Assembly (NCBI RefSeq): GCF_008831285.2
Contig: NC_045138.2
Location: 18,290,001-18,354,000, forward strand
DNA: 64,000 nucleotides
Direction: 5' to 3'
DNA from: Nymphaea colorata
Taxonomy: Eukaryota
Positions 27,801 through 42,092 of the stretch are shown piece by piece. The position numbers were made by a program, and so were the translations under genes. The stretch's first letter is position 1. Every line of letters begins with the position of its first letter. A model generated the notes under the pieces. It ran no database searches. It was not told the DNA's origin and worked only from the letters and a program-made list of their open reading frames with translations.

Positions 27801-30800
27801 ATAAAGAGGATTCCATGTAATCAAAACTGAGATACTTTAATTGGATGAAGCCTTGGACAGTTGGATGATTGGATCCTAGCTCTGAGGCATGTATAAATAG
27901 ATATCGTTAGGATCCATGGCTTTCAAGCACCCCAGGCATCAACATACTCAATCATGACAAAACGCCAACTAGGCTCTCCAGACATGAGTATATGCAACAG
28001 ATTATATTTCCATCATGTACATGTATTCAGACAGAATAGCTAACTCATAGTTATTCCTTATAAAACAGGATCCATAGAATAAAAAGATTCATACACCTGC
28101 AGAAACACCTGGAAGGATAAACTTTCTTGTGGGAAACCTGGAAAGGTTACAGGCTAGAAAAAATTCATTTTTTCAAACAGCCAACACTAAACTTGAGCTG
28201 AGATAGAGATCACAATTATGTATTCTTTATTTGCCCATGCATACTACAATGAAGCCTAAGAAAAGGCCAACAACAGCCACAACCAAATAGCAGAATGGGA
28301 CCTATGATAGCTTAATGGCCACAACTTCACTGCCCTTAAAAATGGAGTAAAGGAAAACATTCATGATCAAATATGACAGCTCTGATGGCCAAAACTTCCA
28401 AAGTGGAGCCTAGGAAAACGTATATAATCAAATAATCTGATAGGATGTAATCGTGACACAACAAGATGTCCTTGAGGAAAAAAAAAGAAATAAGATAACT
28501 CAAAAATGAAGCAGTACATTTCATACCCGTCTTTTTTCTTTTCTGCCAAGCAATTTTTATTAGGATGTGCAGTCACAGGTGTTAGAGGTCAAATACTTAA
28601 AATAGTATTACAGAAGAACTGAAAATACAAAAGGAACCAGAAAAGACCAAAAAAGTAATACGCATCAACCAAAAAATAGACCAGATTTATGAAGGAGTTC
28701 AAGAAGAAGCATTACAAACTAAAAGCAGGAAAAACATAAAAAACTCACGTTGTCCCAATGAGTACAAGCTTTTGAATTTTGGTGATGTCTGCATCAGACT
28801 GGTTATTCTCGACAAAAATCGTCAAGCTGAAACACGCAATTTAAATTAGCCTATCACTTCTATTCAAGTAACGCCACAAAATCACCAACAAAATGTTTTA
28901 TCATTGGCCATAGATAATCCTTACCTGCGTACATTCTGAAACTTGACATATTTTAAGGTAACAGGTTTTCCCTGGAAAAGAAAATGCAAAAAGAAATAAG
29001 GCTACAAATAAAGATTATAAAAAACACAATAATGAAAAAAATACTTCCATTCATAACTCGACACCATTTTGTGAGTGATGAAAGTCTCTATGTTAAACTA
29101 AAATAATACCAAGCCTTCCATGCCATCTTACTTTAAGATTATCTGGCGACAATATGGCTGAGTCACTGGCAGGAAAGTCATTGACATTGCTGCAGAAAAT
29201 CGAACATGTTGTCAATTCACATCCAATAATGTAGGAATCTATCACATGCGATAGTCATATAGCTGTATCCTGATTACCATGTCAAGAAGCACCACTCACC
29301 TGAAGCCCATGTTTTCCTTGTTTACAAAGAGCTTTACCACTCTGGGACCTGTTCATCCAAAACATAAGGTCTGTCTTAAAACAAAATAATTCACCTGAAA
29401 CTCTAACACAAGTATAAAGGAAAAGAGCAACTGAAATCTATCTAATTTCTGTTCCATATGCTAGATTTTGATGGAGAATAAACAATATTTCATCATGTTA
29501 AATTTTTAATCACAACTCTCGTAGGATATGACAAGTGAAGAATAAAAAAAAAAGACAAAAAGTCAAAAAGCACCAGCAAGACAACTTCATGGATTTGATG
29601 CAAGAACTGAAACACAAAGACTTCTAGTTACAATATCTAGCAAAATAGTAAATCAAGTTGCATTGACTTAGTAGCTTTGCCACCTAGCTATGTAAGCATA
29701 ATCCATGTGAACGCAGATACACCACAGACATAATTATTGCCTTAACTGTTCATATGTTTTATGCTCTTCTAGCTGCTATCAGCTTCACCATATGCTAATC
29801 ATTTCCCCAACATCCAGAAGATCTTTTTATCTGGAGATCAGATCTGTCTCTGACTCCATCAAAACTTTGAAATGTCACTAGGAACATCAATTGGTGTGTT
29901 TGAAAATGTCAACACTCTCACCACTAGATCCGAATATTCAGCGATGTACCCAAACTGAAAAGTGGTGTAATAGTATTGGCACAAGTTCCTTTTAAATCGA
30001 TCACACCATAACAACACATAAGAACAATTTTGAACAAAAAAAGCAAGATAATAGCAGAATAATCGGAGCAACTGAACCAGCAGCAATTTCTTACTCAAAG
30101 CTTTTAATTCTGAAACTTAAGATTACTGTGGTGCTCTTCAACCAGAGAGCAGAGACTTTGTTATTTATGCTCTTAGAAACATAAGACACTTGAAAACTGA
30201 CGATGAGCTTGGAAAAGATTGACATCAAACGGGCTTCAAAATTTTTAACCCATGTTCTAAATATCCTTAAATGCAACCAAGCATTCATTCTTAAACGTCC
30301 TATTCCCTTTCAAAAGAGTTACATGCAGCTGGTAATAGTTACCAGACATAAGTCGATACGGGTACACCCCACATTCCTGGCCGGTACGGCTCCATAGAGC
30401 AACTAATGTTCGAAAGTATAGAACGAAAAAGACAATGATCGATCACCCAGCATTCTTATGGGTCAAATATTCATGAAGTAGGAGAATACAAACACAACAC
30501 TCAGTCTTTCCCACATTCATACCGACTTCACCAAGCTATTACGATTAGACCAAGAATTAAATTGGTAGATGAGAACCCAAACCAGATTTCAGTTATCAGA
30601 AAGTACATTCCCTGAAATAGTCAAGGGTGCAAGGGAAAATGCTAGGAGATTGAAAATCATTTCTCATTCAAAAGACATAGCTCTGGTAGAAAGAGATCCT
30701 GTGATTTAAAGGAACCCGAGTATATTCTAAACATGGAAGATGAGAACAACTACTCGAGAATCCTGTCTTCGTAAGAGCATCACAAAATCAATTAATCCAT

Positions 30801-31375
30801 CTGCTGACCACCACTATCCCCATTATCAAATGGGCAAAAACTGACCCAAACAACAAAAGGTAATTAATGGAAAACACAATATAGATGGTACAGAAAGGGA
30901 ACATAATTCTAATTGGGCAACAAACAACGTGCTAAACAAAAAGGAGACTCAGATCCCCTACCGTCCTCTTCTGGCCCTTTGATAACAATGGAATGCAATT
31001 TTATGACTTGTTTGAAGGGGATGTAAATCAGAAGCTGCTCGTCTGCGTCGCTCTCCAGATATAACTCATCAGCCTCCCTGTATTCCTGCCACCCGATATC
31101 GGGAAAACAAACAAATAACCAAAACACGCGAAACACCCCATAAGAGAGAGAGTGGGAGAGAGAGAACTTGTTTGAGGGCATTGACTAGAGAGCGGGAGGT
31201 ATTCTGATTCAGGCATTCGACGCCACTCCAATCGACGAAATCCAACAAATCAACCTACAGAAATGAGAGAATAAACTTCAGAGAGAGAGAAAGAGAGAGC
31301 GATTTGTAGCAAACAAGAGGAGAAGAAGACAGTCACCTGGCTCTTTTGGGATGCAGTGGTGGCCTCGACGGACAT
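24874..31375 (-). CDS. PITH domain-containing protein (At3g04780-like), 176 aa; exons 31375-31337, 31254-31168, 31085-30962, 29348-29300, 29189-29132, 28971-28925, 28826-28749, 24922-24874
   Basis: Eight exons total 531 nt in frame. Motifs [76 protein letters not shown]. Confidence 0.95.
25692..26732. mobile_element. Non-autonomous DNA transposon (hAT/MULE-like) in the last PITH intron
   Basis: Imperfect TIRs CTATGTCACATA / TGTGTGACTTAG, clustered subterminal GTACGG/GTACCG motifs at both ends, aatataa on both flanks (degenerate TSD), internal ~95-bp duplication (26034 vs 26171). Confidence 0.72.
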
Positions 31376-33551
31376 GGTGGGAGAGGGAGAAGGCAGCACA
31401 GAGAGAGAGAGAGAATCTTTTCCCTCGCTTTTCTGCCGCCCACAAACGTGACGTGCTTTTCTATTGCCCCAAACGCAAATTTGCGAGTCCCTTGCTCCTA
31501 CACGAATTTTCACTGGCCAAAGCTACTCGGATATGGTCCCTAAATCCATTTCTATGTACCAGATCCAGATCCGACTAAGAAAACTGCACCGGTGTTCGGA
31601 ACAACGGGTACTAAGCTCGTTCCCAATTTTTCTTCTTTTTCACGGGGAAAACAGAAAAGTTTTTTTTTACTTATTTTTGTTAAAACAATTTGAGCGTATA
31701 ACATACATAAGAATACAATTATTGATGCAGGAATCCTACAAAACATTCAGTTGCATTAATATTTCAATAGAAATATGTTGTTTTTAGCATCAATGATACT
31801 TTTAGTTTTATTCGAGTATCTTCTCCGTTATATTGTCCATTTGCAAATTGCATTGGATCATGAAATTTCTAAGCATGAAGATACTGGATGGGATTGCAAG
31901 GACACAAACTTCTTCGAAATCCGGATTGTCTTGCCGATCCACTAAAAGAGACAGCAGTGCTCGTTTGTGCCAGTGGAAAACCAGTTTTCAGTTGCATGCA
32001 ACGTCTGGATATTAGATTTGTCATACCTACCGAAACCGAAATTCTTTGCAAGTGAACTTTAGTCTCTACAAATGTTTGAAAACTCCAATCTAAATGGTTA
32101 GAGAATGGAAATGGAGTCGATGTAGAACTGTAAATCTCAATAACCCTATGAAGAAGAAGTTAAAATGCCTAGATCTCTATTACTATCTTTATTCTATCGA
32201 GTGTCGATCAAAGTCTTCAATGCTTTTACTATAATTTGAAATGCCAATTAAGCTATTTTAACAACCCTATAATGAGTATATGTGTAGTTTCTATTGCACA
32301 GCACATAAGATGCTGAGCAACCAATTTACGTTTGACTGTAAATGAAGACGAACCTATCGACGACGGTCAGATCATTCTCTTACACAACTCTTGGTAGTCG
32401 GTAAACTGATGGAAATGCAAGAACATGGAGATGAAATGAATGGACACCCAGTTCCTTTCTTAGTCAGCTAGCAATGAATATCATGTATGCTACAGTCTTG
32501 TCAAAGTAGCACCATGATCATATTTTATAAAGGAAACAAATGGCCCATATGACATTTGACATTGCTGTGGAGAAAGTGGGAACACTATGTAATATGACTA
32601 TATGACCTGGTTCTTTCCCATTCTTTTGACTTTTAATTTTTTTTTTTTATAGCAATATTAAGTACTCTTCAAAGTCTTCTCAATTGCAGGTCCCAGATTG
32701 AGCATCAGTTCCTTCATTTGAAGTCATCCCCTTTGAACAATCTCAACCGGATAAATAACCTGCAAGGCTAAATCATGAAAAGCATTCTGGAAATCCCTTC
32801 TGGTCAATGCCCATCTTCTCTTTTTCTCATTTTACTGCCATGTCAATGTTTCTCTGCTTCTGCTGTTCCCTGGGGTTCTGATTCATTTGGGAAGATGAGA
32901 GTGCAGTAAGCTGAGTCTTCTGGGGCATTATACTGGGTAGCTTTTTGATCGTTTAGCAATCGACATCCAACCGCTGATTTTGTGATCTCTCTTTATCAAG
33001 TTGGCTACTTTCACAGTTCAAGTTGGCTGATTTCTACGAATCTAAACTGGAAGTACCTTCAATTCTTTTGCTTAGAGCAACTGAAATTTTTAACCATCAA
33101 TCAGGGCATTGAAGAACCTTACATCCTAGACAAATTTATGCCATATTTATTAAAGGCTAGTCATTGCTGTAACATCAGCCTGAGCAAAGTCATGGTCGAG
33201 ATACATATTCTTAGACAAGTAATGTTTGTTGAAGTAATTTGGTCAAGTTAGATTCTAAATGGTGGCAAAGTGGATCCTATTTGACAATCTTTTTTCTTGG
33301 AACTTTATTTTCATTTTTTGTTGCTGTGGACTTTTGAAGTCAATCGAATGCAAGCTTTGTGAAACACAACTAAGGGAGTCATGGTGGTGAGCTTTGCGAT
33401 TACGGTGCACAGTGAATAAGCGAAACCATGTGCTGTTGCAAGGGGCTATTTTAGAGGTTGTTGTTCCGTAAGTTTGAAAAAGCGAAAGGGCTTCTAGCTT
33501 CATATTTGGTCTATGAAATGAGATGGGCACCAGATGTATCCGGAGAATATA

Positions 33552-33591
<40 letters not shown>

Positions 33592-33819
33592 AAAAGAAAA
33601 GAGAGGTCGAAGGTTTCCGAAAAGAACCCAAAAATGAACTCATTTATGCGACCAAACTAACAGAATACAGATGCTCTCTATGTGGTGCGGCAAGCCTGTT
33701 CAAGATGGTAAAAAAAACTCAATTGTAAAAACTAAAGACATGATAATGGCACTAGCAAAAGCCATCTCTCACAATATGGTGACACAATTTTGTACAAGAA
33801 CGAGTGATAATGACCACTT

Positions 33820-36411
33820 TCATACAGCAGGAACCATGAGTCCAACCAGTGCGCATGTAATGAACCACTTCACGCTTCTTGACAGGCCTAAATCAGTTGC
33901 AACAATATGAACCGTCAGCATCTTTCACCAATGGTATGGACCAAGAATGCTATTTTACATCGATAGCTTGTAATGAAAATAACATATTCATCGACTGGAT
34001 ATGCGGTGAAAATACAGGGAACAATGTATGGCACTATGTTAGTGTATGACTAACCTTTGCTGCTATTTGGACTGGTGACTGGTTCAGATGATGGCGGTTG
34101 TTTACCAATTGCAATTCCAGTGCCTGAACAGTCAGCTCCAAGATTACCTGCATAAAATGCAGCCAATAGATTAGCAAATGGATAAAGAAAGAACGACCTT
34201 GCACTGCATATCGTTACAAACTAAAGTTTTGTCTATGATAGCAAAATTTCATCTCAGGTAAGTTGGCCGCCTAGAAAGAATAACAATTTGGGCACTGTTT
34301 CAGAGGCACGGTGAAATAGACATGTGTGCAGAGTGTATGCAGAAATGGCTTCGCCATAGCTGGACTTGCATAATGCATCTCAGCAATTAGAGGGCACCAG
34401 AGCAGCTACTGGAATTTTGCAATCATATGGGAATGGTGCTGCAGGGACTGATTAAGCCTATATGTTCATACTTTTCATAATGGATTCATAAATATTATAG
34501 AGGTACAGAAGCAAAACAGCATCATAGAGATAATCAACAGAGATGGATACATACATTTAGTCATGCATGGAAGGCTGTCCAACTTCATAAGGTTGGCAGC
34601 ACCTTCTTTGCACTGGCAAGTATAACCAAATGTTGAGTTCTTCATGCATGTTCCTTCTCCACAGTAAGCAAATTTGCATGCTGCAAGAAGCAAAAAATTC
34701 TTCGTTAACAGCTGATACATTGGTTTGGTAATGAGACGCATCTGAAGGAACACTTTTGAGGACAATGTCTGTAATTGAAGATTACACATATCGAACAATT
34801 ATGAACTCAACTCAAATAAAAATATCTATGGATAAATCCCCTTGATTCAAGAACGATTACCAATTAAATTAAAAATAAAACTAAATTATAGAATCAAGTG
34901 AGAAGCTCTGTCTCTGTCAATGATTCCTGCAATTCTTCTTCATGATGATAACGATGATGGTGATGGTGCTGATGAGATTGTATTTGTTGATGTGCGATGA
35001 ACAAGTGCAGGAAAGAGTACATAATCACTTAGGATGCATGCCTAAATCATTTTGTATCATATATATGCCAGTGACGTCCTGGGGATGGTTGCAGCACTGG
35101 TCAACATGAAGATGAGTGCTTTTCATGGTGATAGTTTTCACACATATTATCAAAACGATGGTAGCACTAAAATTGCACTTTTGCAATGAGTTGCTCCATA
35201 ATGTTGAGGAGCATAGCAACATAGACAGGAACTAAGTGGTTATATTTAATAGTACTAGATCTTGCTGACAATGAAGGTAATAGCTTTAATAGAGAATGAC
35301 TAGCCGATGCACATTATACATCAAGCTTATGCGTACGCTCAAATTGTTACAGCAACCATCACCCCATAAAATAAACAATGTGAATGTGTTTCATACATAT
35401 TTTACTAGAAGAAAACAACAAAAAGAGAGAAAATTACGGTCAAAAATTGAAGAATTTGGAAGCTGGAACTGCGGTACTACTGCCGGAGGAGGAGGTGGAG
35501 ACTGCTGATTACAGGAATAGTCCACAGTACCTGAAATCATGTAGACAAGTTTCATCAGTCTTGAGTAAACAAAGGCCAAAGAAAAGAAACTTGTCAAGCG
35601 GGTATATAATGCTGAAACTTTAGACAAGAAACGCGTGGATTACCTAGAACTTGCAGAACGATAAAATCATTCTGGAAAGCCCACCGTCACTACACTTAAT
35701 AATTACTAAATTTCAATCACTGACCTCTTACACATTAAGACGCCAAAAAAGGTTACCGATTAAGATATCTGAGAAGCCTGCAACTTTCTCATCTCCATGA
35801 GACAATTTTAAATTTTAGAAATTTATGTGCAGGTTTTATGAGTACTATTCATTGTTTGTTACGGCAATTCCATCTATGACGGTGGAAAGCTATGTAACCA
35901 TCTGAGAACAACAGGTGGCAAGTCGCCCTCATCTGAATTAAAGAAATTCTGGTAAACGTATATCTCTGCTGCTAAACAGTTGGCAGAAAGTGTGGAATAA
36001 AGCCGCAAAATGAAATAAATGTCAATTTTGGGCCCAAATCTGAAAAGATTTATGAACAGCACTCTCGTGTACATTGATACAAACCCTACCTAACAATAGG
36101 GGCAGAGACCTGTGGAAGCCTTAATTTACATATTGGATCTGGGTCCAGTTACACATTGGATTGGATCCAATTATATGGAGCAGCCCAATTAGACCTAGGT
36201 TGTTGCTCTAAATCCAGTTGAAAATGATCCATGAAAACAAACCACCTTTGCCTACCATGCTATGGCATGCATACATTCATAGATACCACATGGTAATTTA
36301 AGTATATTTTCAATAACAAATGTATTTAATATTTGAATAATAATTAATCTCATATGAAAAATGAAACATAATTAAGAAAGTCTTGCTTGTGCTTAATTTT
36401 TCACATAGAAA

Positions 36412-36486
<75 letters not shown>

Positions 36487-37388
36487 TTTTTCTTACAGTT
36501 AGGGATGATGCAGGGCATGAACTCAAAGCCGGTGGTGTTGACCATCCTTTTCCACCCATCTTCGCACTCGCAGACGTATGGGATGAATAAGTTACTGCTG
36601 GAGGATTTACAAGTTCCCTTCCCACAACTCACGGCTTTACACACGTTGTCTGCCCCCACAAAAGAAAAAAAAACAACACAAAAATGAGAAAAAAATCCAG
36701 GAGAGTAAATATTGCTTCGTGTTTGACGTGAAAAACGAATTTGATCTCGATCAGTATCTACACGCCTGCTTTGAGCTATGTAAAGAGTTGACGCCATCAA
36801 GAACCGAACCAGCGACTTCACTTTTACCAACTATTAGCCCAGCCGTTTATGTCAAACTTTTCATTTAAAATTTCAATAACATGTTTCATTTAGAATTGGA
36901 ATAACATGAAGACAGAGATACCTTTGATTAGAACTATATATAACTCCAATTTCACATGGTTGATCAAATATCTTTCACTTTTTAAATAAATCTAACATCA
37001 CCATGTAGTGTTTCTTGTTTCATATAAACCGCAGAATCATTTTTCCCCGCAAACAGCTCCAAGATGTCCGGTTTGACTTGCAGTATAACGATCCAAACAT
37101 GGGACGCAAATGGAACCATCGGGGACTACATCGCCACCGTCCACTTCGTAGATGGACAGCGGGACAAGGAAACCGAACTCCGGCAGAAAATTATGATCAG
37201 CAAGCGAGAGAAGAAGAAGAAGAGGAACAGAGACAGCGAGAGGCGCAGAGGGAGAGATTACCGATAAAAGGAGCAAACATCGGCGACTCGGCGCCTAGCG
37301 CTCCTGCGGCGCAGCACAGAAGGATGAAGAACGCCGGAAAACAGATTCCGGCCAGCACTGTCGCCGGCATCGCTGTTGCTTTCCCCAT
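33820..37388 (-). CDS. Secreted Cys-rich protein with two EGF-like modules and a hydrophobic C-terminus (plant neurogenic-locus-notch-like family, possibly GPI-anchored), ~219 aa; exons 37388-37262, 36649-36497, 35530-35438, 34680-34555, 34147-34055, 33887-33820
   Basis: Six exons total 660 nt with all introns in phase 1. Signal peptide-like N-terminus (FFILLCCAAGALG), CGKGTC..YVCECEDGW..PCIIPNC, Pro linker, CGEGTC..YTCQCKEG..LPC, C-terminal WFITCALVGLMVPAV*. Confidence 0.85.
36415..36482. repeat. Compound (TA)n(GA)n microsatellite; other (TA)n tracts near 706, 1108, 9959, 12367, 41837, 42060, 59194; (CA)n near 33554
   Basis: Direct reading of the sequence. Confidence 0.98.
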
Positions 37389-39382
37389 CCTCTCACCAGT
37401 AAGAAGACGAAGGAGAAGGATTCCTTAAAAAGAAGGACGGGAATCCTGCTCTCCGCGGAGAATTAATTGAGGACTGGTGGGGAGATGGAGCACTGGGGTT
37501 CCAAGATCGACGCGTACGAACGATAGATCTTATAGCGGGGAAGCCAGTGGCATCTCTAGTTAATATTTCGTGAAATATGCCGACTTTATTGACGCTAGAT
37601 TGCGCTTTGTCTGGGATGACAATATTATGTCCTTTAAGTCAATTGCATAAGTTCCAATCATAAAGTGGATTGACAACAAAAGGAAAATGAATCAATAAGG
37701 ATTTTCCATAAAATATATTGATAATATCTCCATGTCTGTTAGTAAGATTAATATTAATTTTTATAGATTTCTAAACGTATCCCTTACATATGCGTACATA
37801 GACACATATAGATATTTATTTTATTACTTATCTTTTGAATTGTATCAAAGTAAAAACTGTTTGATCCGTAAGTTGTTTATCAAGTTAGTATAAATGAAAG
37901 AAAAAATAATAAATAAACAGATAATATCGTAAGTTTGTTCTTTCTTTTTTTTGTTACTTCGACTTTGCTATGTTCCTCGATTTTATTCAAGCAAATCTTA
38001 CGCTCTAGCGATCTAAACCGACGTTCACAGTAGGGGTGATTTTGTCATTAAAAAGTCAAGCGCCGAAATTGGCATACTTCGGTTGACTGGTGGGTTGCAC
38101 CACGGAAGCCGCTCAGGCATGGAGTTGGAGACTTGATAACGTTTTAAAAGCCCCGCCGCTGACGGATCTTTGACTTTTTTACCCTTTCACGTGATTTTCC
38201 GCCAAAACGAAATTAAATGCATTGAATAGTTCAAACGGAGTACGAACCATACCCATACCCATGAGTTTGGATCTGGACCTTACCCGTCCAGGTCCAGGGC
38301 CTCCTCCCTCCGGTCCGGTCATGAAAACTATACACCTAAAGCACTTTAATTTGGCACAGAGCTTTTAGTGGAATATGGATTCAGTCTTTTAAGGAAGAAT
38401 CACGTATGGACCGATAGCATTGATCCAAACTATACCAGCTTGGTAGGTTTAGATTTGTCAGCTGGATTTGATAAAAAGGCCCGAAACAGAAGCTGCCGGA
38501 ATATGAGTTTTGGATCTCGAATCTGGATGCTCAAGCCCTAAAGAAGTGTCGCGTAGCTACTACCATAAATGTTGAAAATAATATTATGTTCTTAGAACAT
38601 GATGTGAACGTGTTTTGGTATTATGTTCTTAGAACATCATATTTCTTTTTAGAGAACATGATGTCAACGTGTTTTAGTATTTAACTGTTAACTTTACAAA
38701 TAATATATGTAATCACAGTTTTATTGGTAGAGCGAAAATATGTTATAACTCAAACAGGTAGGTTGGGACGCGAAATGCGGTAAATATGTTTCTTATTGAA
38801 CAACTTTTTATCGATCCAACATGAATTTTCGTTCTAGGCAGGCCTCGTCCAGTTTAGTTTGGATCGGTTCTAATCCAATCCTAAATCCTAACCCGCGATC
38901 GCAGTCTAATACGACTATTGTTACATTTGGATCGGTTCTAATCCAACCCTAACCCGTGAATGACAGGTCTAATAACTGTCTATGAATGACGTGCGAAAAT
39001 GTCAAAGCAAACGCCTCACGTTTCCAATATTAAATTATGTGGAAGCGAGTCAAGATAGAACAAGCGCCGGTCGGGTCCAATCTTGAAACTTCAAACGTAT
39101 CCAATTTCAGCAACGGTCTTCGAGCGTCATCGGAAACGCAATTTTCTTAGCGTCATTCCGAAACTTTACGCATTTTACAAAAGATATATGATAACCTCAT
39201 AAAGACATTTACTTATTATTATTTTGACAATAATATTATATATCGTCTTTAAAATTGTTTACATGTTTCTAAAACACATGGTAAGAAGAATAAAAATGGC
39301 ATCATTTTCTTTATGTAAACTGTATTCATTTGTCAGGAAAACGTTTATATTAAATAAAGCCAACTAACCTAAGTTGAGCACT

Positions 39383-39417
<35 letters not shown>

Positions 39418-40907
39418 TAAATGTGCCCTAGCTAGCTAACTGTTTCAATTAAACATCATTCTTTGGTCATATTGTAGGCCCTGTCTGGAGGTGATTTTTT
39501 TTTTTGTTAAAGTATTTGAATATTCGTGCGTCACAGTTATGTCACGGATCGGAACATATGAATATATAGTTTTCTGCATTTACTACTCCACCTACTTATA
39601 TAGTTATATGAAGAACATTTCATAGACACAAATAACAAATCATTTAAAGTATGAAAATTTTATCATAAAGAGCTTCTCATTTTACGCCAAATATTTTTTT
39701 CCTTTAATTTTTTCATTTCTAAGCAATCTTTTGTGTTTTTTCTATTTTTTGCAGGCTATTTAGAATAAAAGAAAATAAAAGCGCCAATAAATTATAAGAA
39801 TTCACAAACCTATATTGAATGACTTTTACCGTCTTTCTTGGCCGACTCCGGGCACTATGTGGATGCTTTCCAAGTTACTTATGCGTTAACACGGGAAAGC
39901 ATGTTCCCACCATTTACTTAAAGAGGCATTTTGGTCATTTTACATTGCGGAAGATTTTTTCATATTCTACTAGTAGGGGCGTTTTAGTAAATTCCAGCAC
40001 ATAACACATAAATGGGCCATAACATATTACCTACTCCGTTAGTGCATTTAATGGAAACAACATTTTAAATTGTGCTTATTCTAATATTTTCTTTCTTTAT
40101 TATCAGACTCCTGATTTCAGAATTAGTTTAAAATTAATTAGTATAATCATATTTATAAATGTTTTTTTTTTTAAACACGGCAAAGCACAAATAGACCACC
40201 ATTTCTACCTAACAACTTATCTAGGAATTCGAAATCTTTAATCTTTGCGAGAAGATAAGGGAGAGAACAAGCCGGAGTTCGCGGCAGACCCTCTTTTTCA
40301 GCATTCATGTTCTAACATAAAATAGAAGTTTTTGGCTTCATATATTTATATGTTTTTTTTTATATAAGAGATATTCACCATGGAAAATCTAAAAGACCAG
40401 CCAAAAGAAATAATTTTAAGGCGTAGATAAAAAATTTTAAATTGTTTTTGAACTTGTTAGGCATGAAAATTCCGACCACTCTGGTTAACTTTGTGGAAAG
40501 AAAATAGTGATTCTTATATACACAAGGTTTCTATGAAATTTGCCATGCTTTTATTCGATTACCAGCCACACATTAAAGAGTGTGCCGTCCAAACATTTTT
40601 CACATACGTAAGGGTGTTGACCCAGGACATTCAAGCATGTTTTTCTTAAAGCTATTCCACACACCAATAGTCATTTTCATGGGACTCCTTATGTTGTTGA
40701 ATTGAGAGAGGAAGAAAGCCGATAAAATGGAAATACATAAGAAAATTTGGGGACAAAAAGACTCGCGAGAGCAATAGTCGACAAGATAGAAAATCGACTG
40801 TGAAAAATCTCAAAGATGGAACAAAAGATGTACAAGACAAAAAACAAACAAAGAAAACGAGACAAATTCGGAGAGGGCAATTAGTCATCAGCTGATGATC
40901 TCAGGTA

Positions 40908-41414
40908 TAGACCAATGCCAAGGGCTAGATGCACATCACATTAAGCATAATTCACAAAAAGTGACAATAGTAGATGTGCCTTTAAGGCGCTAAGTCTTTA
41001 TTATTCCGCTCCTTTCATATTCTAGACCAATGCCAAGGGCTAGGTGCACATCACATCAAGCATAATTCACAAAAAACGACAATAGTAGATGTGCCCCTAA
41101 GGCCCTAAGTCCCTATTATTCCGCTCCTTCCATATTCTACACCAATGCGAAGGGCTAGATGCACATCACATCAAGCATTCACAAAAAACAACAATAGTAG
41201 ATGTGCCCCTAAAGCCCTAAGTCCCTATTATTTCGCTCCTTCTATATTCTAGACCAATGTGAAGGGCTATGTGCACATCACATTAAGCATATTATTTCAC
41301 TCCTTCCATATTCTAGACCAATGCGAAGGGCTAGGTGCACATCACATCAAGCATAATTCACAAAAAGCAACAATAGTAGATCTGCTCCTAAGTCCCCGTT
41401 ATTCCACTCCTTCC
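40908..41414. repeat. Minisatellite, ~115-bp unit, about 4.5 copies (starts 40908, 41023, 41138, 41250, 41314)
   Basis: Recurring tagaccaatgc.aagggctag.tgcacatcacat.aagcat; one unit is internally deleted. Confidence 0.95.
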
Positions 41415-41534
41415 ACTTCACCAACAGCAAAGAATGCCAAGTGAACCGACCAAGACTTCACCAACAGCAAAGAATGCCAAGTGAACCGACCAAGACTTCA
41501 CCAACAGCAAAGAATGCCAAGTGAACCGACCAAG
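41415..41534. repeat. Perfect 40-bp tandem repeat x3
   Basis: acttcaccaacagcaaagaatgccaagtgaaccgaccaag at 41415, 41455, 41495. Confidence 0.97.
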
Positions 41535-41835
41535 AAGGTTGACAAAGAGCAAGGGGATAAACAAGGAGGAGGTCCACCATGGAAGTCAAAATGACAACCA
41601 TGTATCCAAAGTTTTAATGTGCATTTATTGAAGTAGTTAGTTGTTGACAAAAAATTGAACATGATGAAACTCAAAACGATCTCGTATTTAAAAATAAATT
41701 ATTATGGCCATGCATTTATTGATTTATTTTTTTCTAGAATTTATGACATAGAAACAATTTCCTGCAAGTTCCTGGCCTTGGGTATCTATTACTTGAAAAT
41801 CAAGCATAAACGTCTTCGCCTAAAAGCTAGCAAAG

Positions 41836-41888
<53 letters not shown>

Positions 41889-42055
41889 GAGAAACATATA
41901 ATGAGTTTTTTGTCATTTAATATTAGCTTACAACTTCTTGTCGCTATTTTTCTCTCAACCATCCATTTGCTTCATATAGACAGTTCTAGTTAGTTGTCTA
42001 AGTGACTCTAGATAAATTCTTGTCTAAGTGACTCTAGATAAATTCAAACACTTAT

Positions 42056-42092
<37 letters not shown>

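Noticed and set aside
32640..33100. Exon-like stretches with AG acceptors between the PITH and EGF-like genes
   Set aside because: No sustained reading frame; at most 3' UTR exons, which cannot be supported without RNA data.
40908..41534. CRISPR-like look of the regular repeats
   Set aside because: Units are head-to-tail with no unique spacers, there are no cas genes, and the context is plant nuclear DNA.
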